Of a stretch of 64,000 nt of DNA, positions 11,536 to 24,333 are shown one piece after another. Source of the stretch: the human T2T-CHM13v2.0 reference genome, Homo sapiens; assembly GCF_009914755.1 (NCBI RefSeq), contig NC_060930.1; one strand, 5' to 3'. The position numbers were made by a program, and so were the translations under genes. The notes beneath the pieces are model-generated. The model made no database searches, had not been told where the DNA came from, and saw nothing but the letters and a program-made list of their open reading frames with translations. Each line of letters starts with the position of its first letter. The first letter of the stretch is position 1.

Positions 11536-14500
11536 GTGATGTCTGCATTCAACTCACCGAGTGGAACATTCCTCTTGATAGAGCAGTTTGGAAACACTCT
11601 TTCTGTAGAATCAGCTTGTTTGTATTTGGACCTCCTTGAGGCCTTCGTTGGAAACGGGTTTTCATCTTATAAACCCAGACAGAAGAATTCTCAGAGTCTT
11701 CTTTGTGATGTGTGCTTTCAACTCACCGAGATAAAGATTTCTCTTGATAGAGCAATTTGGAAACACTCTTTTTGTAGAATTTGCAAGGGTACATTGAGAG
11801 CGCTTTCAGGCCTATGGTAGAAAAGGGAATATCTTTCCATAAAAGGTAGACAGAAGCAATCTCAGAAACTACTTTGTGATGTGTGCATTCAACTCACCGA
11901 GTGCAACGTTCCTCTTGACCGAGCAGTTTGGAAACATTGTTTCTGTAGAATCTGCAAGTGGATATTTGGACCTCTTTGAGGCCTTCGTTGGAAACGGGAT
12001 TTCTTCCTATAAACCCAGACAGAAGAATTCTCAGAGACTTCTTTGTGATGTGTGAATTCAACTCACAGTGTGGATCCTTCCTTTTGATAGAGCAGTTTTG
12101 AAACCCTGTTTTTGTAGTATTTCCAAGCGGATATTTGGAACGCCTTGAAGCGTATGGTAGAAAAGGAAATATCTTCCCATAAAACCTAGACAGAACCAAT
12201 CTCAGAAACGACTTTGTGATGTCTGCATTCAAGTCACAGAGTTGAACATTTCTCTTGATAGAGCAGTTTTGAAACCCTCTTTCTGAAGGATCTGCAAGTG
12301 GATATTTGGAACTCCTTTGGGTCTTCGTTGGAAACGGGATTTCTTCGTATAAATCTAGACAGAAGAATTCTCCGAAACTTCTTTGGTTGTGTGCATTCAA
12401 GTCACAGAGTGGAACCTTCCTTTGGATAGAGCAGTTTGAAACGCTGTGGTTGTAGTATTTCCAAGCGGATATTAGAGCGCCTTGAGGCCTATGGTAGAAA
12501 AGGAAATATCTTCCCATAAAACCTAGACGGAAGCAATCTCAGAAACTACTGTGTGATGGCTGCATTCCACACACACGGTGGAACATTTCTCTTGATAGAG
12601 CAGTTTTGAAACACTCTTTCTGTAGAATCTGCAAGTGGATAATTGGACCGCCTTGAGGCCTTCGTTGGAAACGGGATTTCTTCATGTTAGTCTAGATAGA
12701 AGAATTCTCAAACACTGCTATGTGATGTTTGCATTCAAGTCACAGAGTGCAACATTCCTCTTGGTAGAGCAGTTGGGAAACACTCCTTTTGTAGAATCTG
12801 CAATGGGATATTTGGACTTCTTTGAGGCCTTCGTTGGAAACGGGATTTCTTCGTATGACTCTAGACAGAAGAATTCTCAGAAACTTCCTTGTGATGTGTG
12901 CATTCAACTCAGCGAGTGGCACCTTCCTTTGGATACAGCAGTTTTGAAACACTGTTTTTGTAGTATTTCCAAGCGGATATTTAGAGCGCCTTGAAGCCTA
13001 TGCTAGAAATGGAAATATCTCCCCATAAAACCAAGACAGAAGCAATCTCAGAAACTAATGTGTGATGGCTGCATTCCACACACACGGTGGACCATTTGTC
13101 TTGATAGAGCAGTTTTGAAACACTCTTTCTGTAGAATCTGCAAGTGGATAATTGGACCTCCTAGAGGCCTTCGTTGGAAACGGGATTTCTTCATCTAAAC
13201 CTACAGAGAAGAATTCTCAGTAACTTCTTCGGATGTGTGCATTCGACTCACAGAATGGAACATTCCCTTTGATAGAGCAGTTTTGAGACACCGTTTTTGT
13301 AGAATTCCCAAGTGGATATTTAGAGCACTTTGAAGTCTCTGCTAGAAAAGGAAACATCTTCATGTAAAAAGTAGATAGAATCGTTCTCAGAAAGTGCTTA
13401 GTGACGTGTGCGTTCAACTCACAGAGTTTAACGTTTCTTTTGATAGAGCGTTTCTGAAACACCCTTCTTGTAGTAGCTGCAAGTGGATATTTGGACCTAT
13501 TGGAGGCCTTCTTTGGAAATGGGATTTCTTCATGTAACTCTAGATTGAAGAATTCTCAGAAACTCCTTTGTGATGTGTGCATTCAATTCAAAGAGTGAAA
13601 CCTCCCTTTTCACAGAGCAGTTTTGAAACACTGTTTTTGTAGGATTTCCAAGGGGATATTTATAGCGCATTGAGCCTACGGCAGAAAAAGAAACATCTTC
13701 CTATAAAAACTAGACAGAATAATTCTCAGAATCTGCTTTGCGATGTATGCGTTCAACTCACAGAGTAAAACTTTTCTTTTGATAGAGCAGTTTTGAATCA
13801 CTCTTTTTGTAGTATTTGCATGTGTATATTTAGAGCGCATTGAAGCCCACAGTAGAAAAGGAAATAACTTCACCTAAAACCTAGACAGAAGCAATCTCAG
13901 AAACTACTTTGTGATGTGTACATTCAACTCACAGAGTGGAACTTTCCTCTTTATAGAGCAGTGTTGAAACACTCTTTTTGTAGAAACTGAAAGTGGATAT
14001 TTGGACCTCTTTGAGGCCTTCGTTGGAAACGGGATTTCTTCCTATAACCCTAGACAGAAGAATTTTCAGAAACCTCATTGTGATGTGTGCGTTCATCTCA
14101 CAGAGTGGAGTCTTCCGTTTGATAGAGAAGTTTTGAAACCCTGTTCTTGTAGGATTTCCAAGTGGATATTTAGACCACTTTGAAGCCTATGATAGAAAAG
14201 GAAACATCTTCATGGAAAACATAGATAGAATCATTCTCAGAAACAACTTTGTGATGTGTGCGTTGAACTCACCGTCTTTAACCTTTCTTTTGGTAGAGAA
14301 GTTTTGAAACACTCTCTTTGTAAAGTCTACAAGTGGATATTTTGAGCCCTTGGAGGCATTCTTTGGAAAAGGGAATGTCTTCACATAAAAGGCAGACAGA
14401 AGTGTTCTCAGAAACTGCTTTGTGATGTCTGTGTTCAACTCACAGAGTTTAACATTTCCTTTGATAGAGTGGTTTAGTAACCCTCTCTTTGTAGAATTTG

Positions 14501-17500
14501 GAAGTGTATACTAAGAGCGCTTTGAGGCCTATGGTAGAAAAGGAAATATCTTTCCATAAAAGCTAGACAGAAGCAATCTCAGAAACTCCTCTGTGATGTC
14601 TGCATTCAACTCACCGAGTGGAACATTCCTCTTGAGAGAGCAGTTTGGAAACACTCTTTCTGTAGAATCAGCTTGTTTGTATTTGGACCTCCTTGAGGCC
14701 TTCGTTGGAAACGGGTTTTCATCTTATAAACCCAGACAGAAGAATTCTCAGAGTCTTCTTTGTGATGTGTGCTTTCAACTCACCGAGATAAAGATTTCTC
14801 TTGATAGAGCAATTTGGAAACACTCTTTTTGTAGAATTTGCAAGGGTACATTGAGAGCGCTTTCAGGCCTATGGTAGAAAAGGGAATATCTTTCCATAAA
14901 AGGTAGACAGAAGCAATCTCAGAAACTACTTTGTGATGTGTGCATTCAACTCACCGAGTGCAACGTTCCTCTTGACCGAGCAGTTTGGAAACATTGTTTC
15001 TGTAGAATCTGCAAGTGGATATTTGGACCTCTTTGAGGCCTTCGTTGGAAACGGGATTTCTTCCTATAAACCCAGACAGAAGAATTCTCAGAGACTTCTT
15101 TGTGATGTGTGAATTCAACTCACAGTGTGGATCCTTTCTTTTGATAGAGCAGTTTTGAAACACTGTTTTTGTAGTATTTCCAAGCGGATATTTGGAACGC
15201 CTTGAAGCGTATGGTAGAAAAGGAAATATCTTCCCATAAAACCTAGACAGAACCAATCTCAGAAACGACTTTGTGATGTCTGCATTCAAGTCACAGAGTT
15301 GAACATTTCTCTTGATAGAGCAGTTTTGAAACCCTCTTTCTGAAGGATCTGCAAGTGGATATTTGGAACTCCTTTGGGTCTTCGTTGGAAACGGGATATC
15401 TTCGTATAAATCTAGACAGAAGAATTCTCCGAAACTTCTTTGGTTGTGTGCATTCAAGTCACAGAGTGGAACCTTCCTTTGGATAGAGCAGTTTGAAACG
15501 CTGTGGTTGTAGTATTTCCAAGCGGATATTAGAGCGCCTTGAGGCCTATGGTAGAAAAGGAAATATCTTCCCATAAAACCTAGACGGAAGCAATCTCAGA
15601 AACTACTGTGTGATGGCTGCATTCCACACACACGGTGGAACATTTCTCTTGATAGAGCAGTTTTGAAACACTCTTTCTGTAGAATCTGTAAGTGGATAAT
15701 TGGACCGCCTTGAGGCCTTCGTTGGAAACGGGATTTCTTCATGTTACTCTAGATAGAAGAATTCTCAAACACTGCTATGTGATGTTTGCATTCAAGTCAC
15801 AGAGTGCAACATTCCTCTTGGTAGAGCAGTTGGGAAACACTCCTTTTGTAGAATCTGCAATGGGATATTTGGACTTCTTTGAGGCCTTCGTTGGAAACGG
15901 GATTTCTTCGTATGAATCTAGACAGAAGAATTCTCAGAAACTTCCTTGTGATGTGTGCATTCAACTCAGCGAGTGGCACCTTCCTTTGGATACAGCAGTT
16001 TTGAAACACTGTTTTTGTAGTATTTCCAAGTGGATATTTAGAGCGCCTTGAAGCCTATGCTAGAAATGGAAATATCTCCCCATAAAACCAAGACAGAAGC
16101 AATCTCAGAAACTAATGTGTGATGGCTGCATTCCACACACACGGTGGACCATTTCTCTTGATAGAGCAGTTTTGAAACACTCTTTCTGTAGAATCTGCAA
16201 GTGGATAATTGGACCTCCTAGAGGCCTTCGTTGGAAACGGGATTTCTTCATCTAAACCTACAGAGAAGAATTCTCAGTAACTTCTTCGGATGTGTGCATT
16301 CGACTCACAGAATGGAACATTCCCTTTGATAGAGCAGTTTTGAGACACCGTTTTTGTAGAATTCCCAAGTGGATATTTAGAGCACTTTGAAGTCTCTGCT
16401 AGAAAAGGAAACATCTTCATGTAAAAAGTAGATAGAATCGTTCTCAGAAAGTACTTAGTGACGTGTGCGTTCAACTCACAGAGTTTAACGTTTCTTTTGA
16501 TAGAGCGTTTCTGAAACACCCTTCTTGTAGTAGCTGCAAGTGGATATTTGGACCTATTGGAGGCCTTCTTTGGAAATGGGATTTCTTCATGTAACTCTAG
16601 ATTGAAGAATTCTCAGAAACTCCTTTGTGATGTGTGCATTCAATTGAAAGAGTGAAACCTCCCTTTTCACAGAGCAGTTTTGAAACACTGTTTTTGTAGG
16701 ATTTCCAAGGGGATATTTATAGCGCATTGAGCCTACGGCGGAAAAAGAAACATCTTCCTATAAAAACTAGACAGAATACTTCTCAGAATCTGCTTTGCGA
16801 TGTGTGCGTTCAACTCACAGAGTAAAACTTTTCTTTTGATAGAGCAGTTTTGAAACACTCTTTTTGTAGTATTTGCATGTGTATATTTAGAGCGCATTGA
16901 ATCCCACAGTAGAAAAGGAAATAACTTCACCTAAAACCTAGACAGAAGCAATCTCAGAAACTACTTTGTGATGTGTACATTCAACTCACAGAGTGGAACT
17001 TTCCTCTTTATAGAGCAGTGTTGAAACACTCTTTTTGTAGAAACTGCAAGTGGATATTTGGACCTCTTTGAGGCCTTCGTTGGAAACGGGATTTCTTCCT
17101 ATAACCCTAGACAGAAGAATTTTCAGAAACCTCATTGTGATGTGTGCGTTCATCTCACAGAGTGGAGTCTTCCGTTTGATAGAGAAGTTTTGAAACCCTG
17201 TTCTTGTAGGATTTCCAAGTGGATATTTAGACCACTTTGAAGCCTATGATAGAAAAGGAAACATCTTCATGGAAAACATAGATAGAATCATTCTCAGAAA
17301 CAACTTTGTGATGTGTGCGTTGAACTCACCGTCTTTAACCTTTCTTTTGGTAGAGAAGTTTTGAAACACTCTCTTTGTAAAGTCTACAAGTGGATATTTT
17401 GAGCCCTTGGAGGCATTCTTTGGAAAAGGGAATGTCTTCACATAAAAGGCAGACAGAAGTGTTCTCAGAAACTGCTTTGTGATGTCTGTGTTCAACTCAC

Positions 17501-20500
17501 AGAGTTTAACATTTCCTTTGATAGAGCGGTTTAGTAACCCTCTCTTTGTAGAATTTGGAAGTGTATACTAAGAGCGCTTTGAGGCCTATGGTAGAAAAGG
17601 AAATATCTTTCCATAAAAGCTAGACAGAAGCAATCTCAGAAACTCCTTTGTGATGTCTGCATTCAACTCACCGAGTGGAACATTCCTCTTGATAGAGCAG
17701 TTTGGAAACACTCTTTCTGTAGAATCAGCTTGTTTGTATTTGGACCTCCTTGAGGCCTTCGTTGGAAACGGGTTTTCATCTTATAAACCCAGACAGAAGA
17801 ATTCTCAGAGTCTTCTTTGTGATGTGTGCTTTCAACTCACCGAGATAAAGATTTCTCTTGATAGAGCAATTTGGAAACACTCTTTTTGTAGAATTTGCAA
17901 GGGTACATTGAGAGCGCTTTCAGGCCTATGGTAGAAAAGGGAATATCTTTCCATAAAAGGTAGACAGAAGCAATCTCAGAAACTACTTTGTGATGTGTGC
18001 ATTCAACTCACCGAGTGCAACGTTCCTCTTGACCGAGCAGTTTGGAAACATTGTTTCTGTAGAATCTGCAAGTGGATATTTGGACCTCTTTGAGGCCTTC
18101 GTTGGAAACGGGATTTCTTCCTATAAACCCAGACAGAAGAATTCTCAGAGACTTCTTTGTGATGTGTGAATTCAACTCACAGTGTGGATCCTTCCTTTTG
18201 ATAGAGCAGTTTTGAAACCCTGTTTTTGTAGTATTTCCAAGCGGATATTTGGAACGCCTTGAAGCGTATGGTAGAAAAGGAAATATCTTCCCATAAAACC
18301 TAGACAGAACCAATCTCAGAAACGACTTTGTGATGTCTGCATTCAAGTCACAGAGTTGAACATTTCTCTTGATAGAGCAGTTTTGAAACCCTCTTTCTGA
18401 AGGATCTGCAAGTGGATATTTGGAACTCCTTTGGGTCTTCGTTGGAAACGGGATTTCTTCGTATAAATCTAGACAGAAGAATTCTCCGAAACTTCTTTGG
18501 TTGTGTGCATTCAAGTCACAGAGTGGAACCTTCCTTTGGATAGAGCAGTTTGAAACGCTGTGGTTGTAGTATTTCCAAGCGGATATTAGAGCGCCTTGAG
18601 GCCTATGGTAGAAAAGGAAATATCTTCCCATAAAACCTAGACGGAAGCAATCTCAGAAACTACTGTGTGATGGCTGCATTCCACACACACGGTGGAACAT
18701 TTCTCTTGATAGAGCAGTTTTGAAACACTCTTTCTGTAGAATCTGCAAGTGGATAATTGGACCGCCTTGAGGCCTTCGTTGGAAACGGGATTTCTTCATG
18801 TTAGTCTAGATAGAAGAATTCTCAAACACTGCTATGTGATGTTTGCATTCAAGTCACAGAGTGCAACATTCCTCTTGGTAGAGCAGTTGGGAAACACTCC
18901 TTTTGTAGAATCTGCAATGGGATATTTGGACTTCTTTGAGGCCTTCGTTGGAAACGGGATTTCTTCGTATGACTCTAGACAGAAGAATTCTCAGAAACTT
19001 CCTTGTGATGTGTGCATTCAACTCAGCGAGTGGCACCTTCCTTTGGATACAGCAGTTTTGAAACACTGTTTTTGTAGTATTTCCAAGCGGATATTTAGAG
19101 CGCCTTGAAGCCTATGCTAGAAATGGAAATATCTCCCCATAAAACCAAGACAGAAGCAATCTCAGAAACTAATGTGTGATGGCTGCATTCCACACACACG
19201 GTGGACCATTTGTCTTGATAGAGCAGTTTTGAAACACTCTTTCTGTAGAATCTGCAAGTGGATAATTGGACCTCCTAGAGGCCTTCGTTGGAAACGGGAT
19301 TTCTTCATCTAAACCTACAGAGAAGAATTCTCAGTAACTTCTTCGGATGTGTGCATTCGACTCACAGAATGGAACATTCCCTTTGATAGAGCAGTTTTGA
19401 GACACCGTTTTTGTAGAATTCCCAAGTGGATATTTAGAGCACTTTGAAGTCTCTGCTAGAAAAGGAAACATCTTCATGTAAAAAGTAGATAGAACCGTTC
19501 TCAGAAAGTGCTTAGTGACGTGTGCGTTCAACTCACAGAGTTTAACGTTTCTTTTGATAGAGCGTTTCTGAAACACCCTTCTTGTAGTAGCTGCAAGTGG
19601 ATATTTGGACCTATTGGAGGCCTTCTTTGGAAATGGGATTTCTTCATGTAACTCTAGATTGAAGAATTCTCAGAAACTCCTTTGTGATGTGTGCATTCAA
19701 TTCAAAGAGTGAAACCTCCCTTTTCACAGAGCAGTTTTGAAACACTGTTTTTGTAGGATTTCCAAGGGGATATTTATAGCGCATTGAGCCTACGGCAGAA
19801 AAAGAAACATCTTCCTATAAAAACTAGACAGAATAATTCTCAGAATCTGCTTTGCGATGTATGCGTTCAACTCACAGAGTAAAACTTTTCTTTTGATAGA
19901 GCAGTTTTGAATCACTCTTTTTGTAGTATTTGCATGTGTATATTTAGAGCGCATTGAAGCCCACAGTAGAAAAGGAAATAACTTCACCTAAAACCTAGAC
20001 AGAAGCAATCTCAGAAACTACTTTGTGATGTGTACATTCAACTCACAGAGTGGAACTTTCCTCTTTATAGAGCAGTGTTGAAACACTCTTTTTGTAGAAA
20101 CTGAAAGTGGATATTTGGACCTCTTTGAGGCCTTCGTTGGAAACGGGATTTCTTCCTATAACCCTAGACAGAAGAATTTTCAGAAACCTCATTGTGATGT
20201 GTGCGTTCATCTCACAGAGTGGAGTCTTCCGTTTGATAGAGAAGTTTTGAAACCCTGTTCTTGTAGGATTTCCAAGTGGATATTTAGACCACTTTGAAGC
20301 CTATGATAGAAAAGGAAACATTTTCATGGAAAACATAGATAGAATCATTCTCAGAAACAACTTTGTGATGTGTGCGTTGAACTCACCGTCTTTAACCTTT
20401 CTTTTGGTAGAGAAGTTTTGAAACACTCTCTTTGTAAAGTCTACAAGTGGATATTTTGAGCCCTTGGAGGCATTCTTTGGAAAAGGGAATGTCTTCACAT

Positions 20501-23500
20501 AAAAGGCAGACAGAAGTGTTCTCAGAAACTGCTTTGTGATGTCTGTGTTCAACTCACAGAGTTTAACATTTCCTTTGATAGAGTGGTTTAGTAACCCTCT
20601 CTTTGTAGAATTTGGAAGTGTATACTAAGAGCGCTTTGAGGCCTATGGTAGAAAAGGAAATATCTTTCCATAAAAGCTAGACAGAAGCAATCTCAGAAAC
20701 TCCTTTGTGATGTCTGCATTCAACTCACCGAGTGGAACATTCCTCTTGAGAGAGCAGTTTGGAAACACTCTTTCTGTAGAATCAGCTTGTTTGTATTTGG
20801 ACCTCCTTGAGGCCTTCGTTGGAAACGGGTTTTCATCTTATAAACCCAGACAGAAGAATTCTCAGAGTCTTCTTTGTGATGTGTGCTTTCAACTCACCGA
20901 GATAAAGATTTCTCTTGATAGAGCAATTTGGAAACACTCTTTTTGTAGAATTTGCAAGGGTACATTGAGAGCGCTTTCAGGCCTATGGTAGAAAAGGGAA
21001 TATCTTTCCATAAAAGGTAGACAGAAGCAATCTCAGAAACTACTTTGTGATGTGTGCATTCAACTCACCGAGTGCAACGTTCCTCTTGACCGAGCAGTTT
21101 GGAAACATTGTTTCTGTAGAATCTGCAAGTGGATATTTGGACCTCTTTGAGGCCTTCGTTGGAAACGGGATTTCTTCCTATAAACCCAGACAGAAGAATT
21201 CTCAGAGACTTCTTTGTGATGTGTGAATTCAACTCACAGTGTGGATCCTTTCTTTTGATAGAGCAGTTTTGAAACACTGTTTTTGTAGTATTTCCAAGCG
21301 GATATTTGGAACGCCTTGAAGCGTATGGTAGAAAAGGAAATATCTTCCCATAAAACCTAGACAGAACCAATCTCAGAAACGACTTTGTGATGTCTGCATT
21401 CAAGTCACAGAGTTGAACATTTCTCTTGATAGAGCAGTTTTGAAACCCTCTTTCTGAAGGATCTGCAAGTGGATATTTGGAACTCCTTTGGGTCTTCGTT
21501 GGAAACGGGATATCTTCGTATAAATCTAGACAGAAGAATTCTCCGAAACTTCTTTGGTTGTGTGCATTCAAGTCACAGAGTGGAACCTTCCTTTGGATAG
21601 AGCAGTTTGAAACGCTGTGGTTGTAGTATTTCCAAGCGGATATTAGAGCGCCTTGAGGCCTATGGTAGAAAAGGAAATATCTTCCCATAAAACCTAGACG
21701 GAAGCAATCTCAGAAACTACTGTGTGATGGCTGCATTCCACACACACGGTGGAACATTTCTCTTGATAGAGCAGTTTTGAAACACTCTTTCTGTAGAATC
21801 TGTAAGTGGATAATTGGACCGCCTTGAGGCCTTCGTTGGAAACGGGATTTCTTCATGTTACTCTAGATAGAAGAATTCTCAAACACTGCTATGTGATGTT
21901 TGCATTCAAGTCACAGAGTGCAACATTCCTCTTGGTAGAGCAGTTGGGAAACACTCCTTTTGTAGAATCTGCAATGGGATATTTGGACTTCTTTGAGGCC
22001 TTCGTTGGAAACGGGATTTCTTCGTATGAATCTAGACAGAAGAATTCTCAGAAACTTCCTTGTGATGTGTGCATTCAACTCAGCGAGTGGCACCTTCCTT
22101 TGGATACAGCAGTTTTGAAACACTGTTTTTGTAGTATTTCCAAGTGGATATTTAGAGCGCCTTGAAGCCTATGCTAGAAATGGAAATATCTCCCCATAAA
22201 ACCAAGACAGAAGCAATCTCAGAAACTAATGTGTGATGGCTGCATTCCACACACACGGTGGACCATTTCTCTTGATAGAGCAGTTTTGAAACACTCTTTC
22301 TGTAGAATCTGCAAGTGGATAATTGGACCTCCTAGAGGCCTTCGTTGGAAACGGGATTTCTTCATCTAAACCTACAGAGAAGAATTCTCAGTAACTTCTT
22401 CGGATGTGTGCATTCGACTCACAGAATGGAACATTCCCTTTGATAGAGCAGTTGTGAGACACCGTTTTTGTAGAATTCCCAAGTGGATATTTAGAGCGCT
22501 TTGAAGTCTCTGCTAGAAAAGGAAACATCTTCATGTAAAAAGTAGATAGAATCGTTCTCAGAAAGTACTTAGTGACGTGTGCGTTCAACTCACAGAGTTT
22601 AACGTTTCTTTTGATAGAGCGTTTCTGAAACACCCTTCTTGTAGTAGCTGCAAGTGGATATTTGGACCTATTGGAGGCCTTCTTTGGAAATGGGATTTCT
22701 TCATGTAACTCTAGATTGAAGAATTCTCAGAAACTCCTTTGTGATGTGTGCATTCAATTCAAAGAGTGAAACCTCCCTTTTCACAGAGCAGTTTTGAAAC
22801 ACTGTTTTTGTAGGATTTCCAAGGGGATATTTATAGCGCATTGAGCCTACGGCGGAAAAAGAAACATCTTCCTATAAAAACTAGACAGAATACTTCTCAG
22901 AATCTGCTTTGCGATGTGTGCGTTCAACTCACAGAGTAAAACTTTTCTTTTGATAGAGCAGTTTTGAAACACTCTTTTTGTAGTATTTGCATGTGTATAT
23001 TTAGAGCGCATTGAATCCCACAGTAGAAAAGGAAATAACTTCACCTAAAACCTAGACAGAAGCAATCTCAGAAACTACTTTGTGATGTGTACATTCAACT
23101 CACAGAGTGGAACTTTCCTCTTTATAGAGCAGTGTTGAAACACTCTTTTTGTAGAAACTGAAAGTGGATATTTGGACCTCTTTGAGGCCTTCGTTGGAAA
23201 CGGGATTTCTTCCTATAACCCTAGACAGAAGAATTTTCAGAAACCTCATTGTGATGTGTGCGTTCATCTCACAGAGTGGAGTCTTCCGTTTGATAGAGAA
23301 GTTTTGAAACCCTGTTCTTGTAGGATTTCCAAGTGGATATTTAGACCACTTTGAAGCCTATGATAGAAAAGGAAACATCTTCATGGAAAACATAGATAGA
23401 ATCATTCTCAGAAACAACTTTGTGATGTGTGCGTTGAACTCACCGTCTTTAACCTTTCTTTTGGTAGAGAAGTTTTGAAACACTCTCTTTGTAAAGTCTA

Positions 23501-24333
23501 CAAGTGGATATTTTGAGCCCTTGGAGGCATTCTTTGGAAAAGGGAATGTCTTCACATAAAAGGCAGACAGAAGTGTTCTCAGAAACTGCTTTGTGATGTC
23601 TGTGTTCAACTCACAGAGTTTAACATTTCCTTTGATAGAGCGGTTTAGTAACCCTCTCTTTGTAGAATTTGGAAGTGTATACTAAGAGCGCTTTGAGGCC
23701 TATGGTAGAAAAGGAAATATCTTTCCATAAAAGCTAGACAGAAGCAATCTCAGAAACTCCTTTGTGATGTCTGCATTCAACTCACCGAGTGGAACATTCC
23801 TCTTGATAGAGCAGTTTGGAAACACTCTTTCTGTAGAATCAGCTTGTTTGTATTTGGACCTCCTTGAGGCCTTCGTTGGAAACGGGTTTTCATCTTATAA
23901 ACCCAGACAGAAGAATTCTCAGAGTCTTCTTTGTGATGTGTGCTTTCAACTCACCGAGATAAAGATTTCTCTTGATAGAGCAATTTGGAAACACTCTTTT
24001 TGTAGAATTTGCAAGGGTACATTGAGAGCGCTTTCAGGCCTATGGTAGAAAAGGGAATATCTTTCCATAAAAGGTAGACAGAAGCAATCTCAGAAACTAC
24101 TTTGTGATGTGTGCATTCAACTCACCGAGTGCAACGTTCCTCTTGACCGAGCAGTTTGGAAACATTGTTTCTGTAGAATCTGCAAGTGGATATTTGGACC
24201 TCTTTGAGGCCTTCGTTGGAAACGGGATTTCTTCCTATAAACCCAGACAGAAGAATTCTCAGAGACTTCTTTGTGATGTGTGAATTCAACTCACAGTGTG
24301 GATCCTTCCTTTTGATAGAGCAGTTTTGAAACC
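11536..24333 (+). repeat. 2-HOR super-repeat (6114 bp period, A-B-A-B-partial A)
   Basis: U5 and U7 share GTTAGTCT, TATGACTC, CATTTGTC, GGCAGAAA, GATGTATG, TTGAATCA. U6 and U8 share GGATCCTTTC, GGGATATC, TCTGTAAG, AAGTACTT, GAATCCC. Confidence 0.9.
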
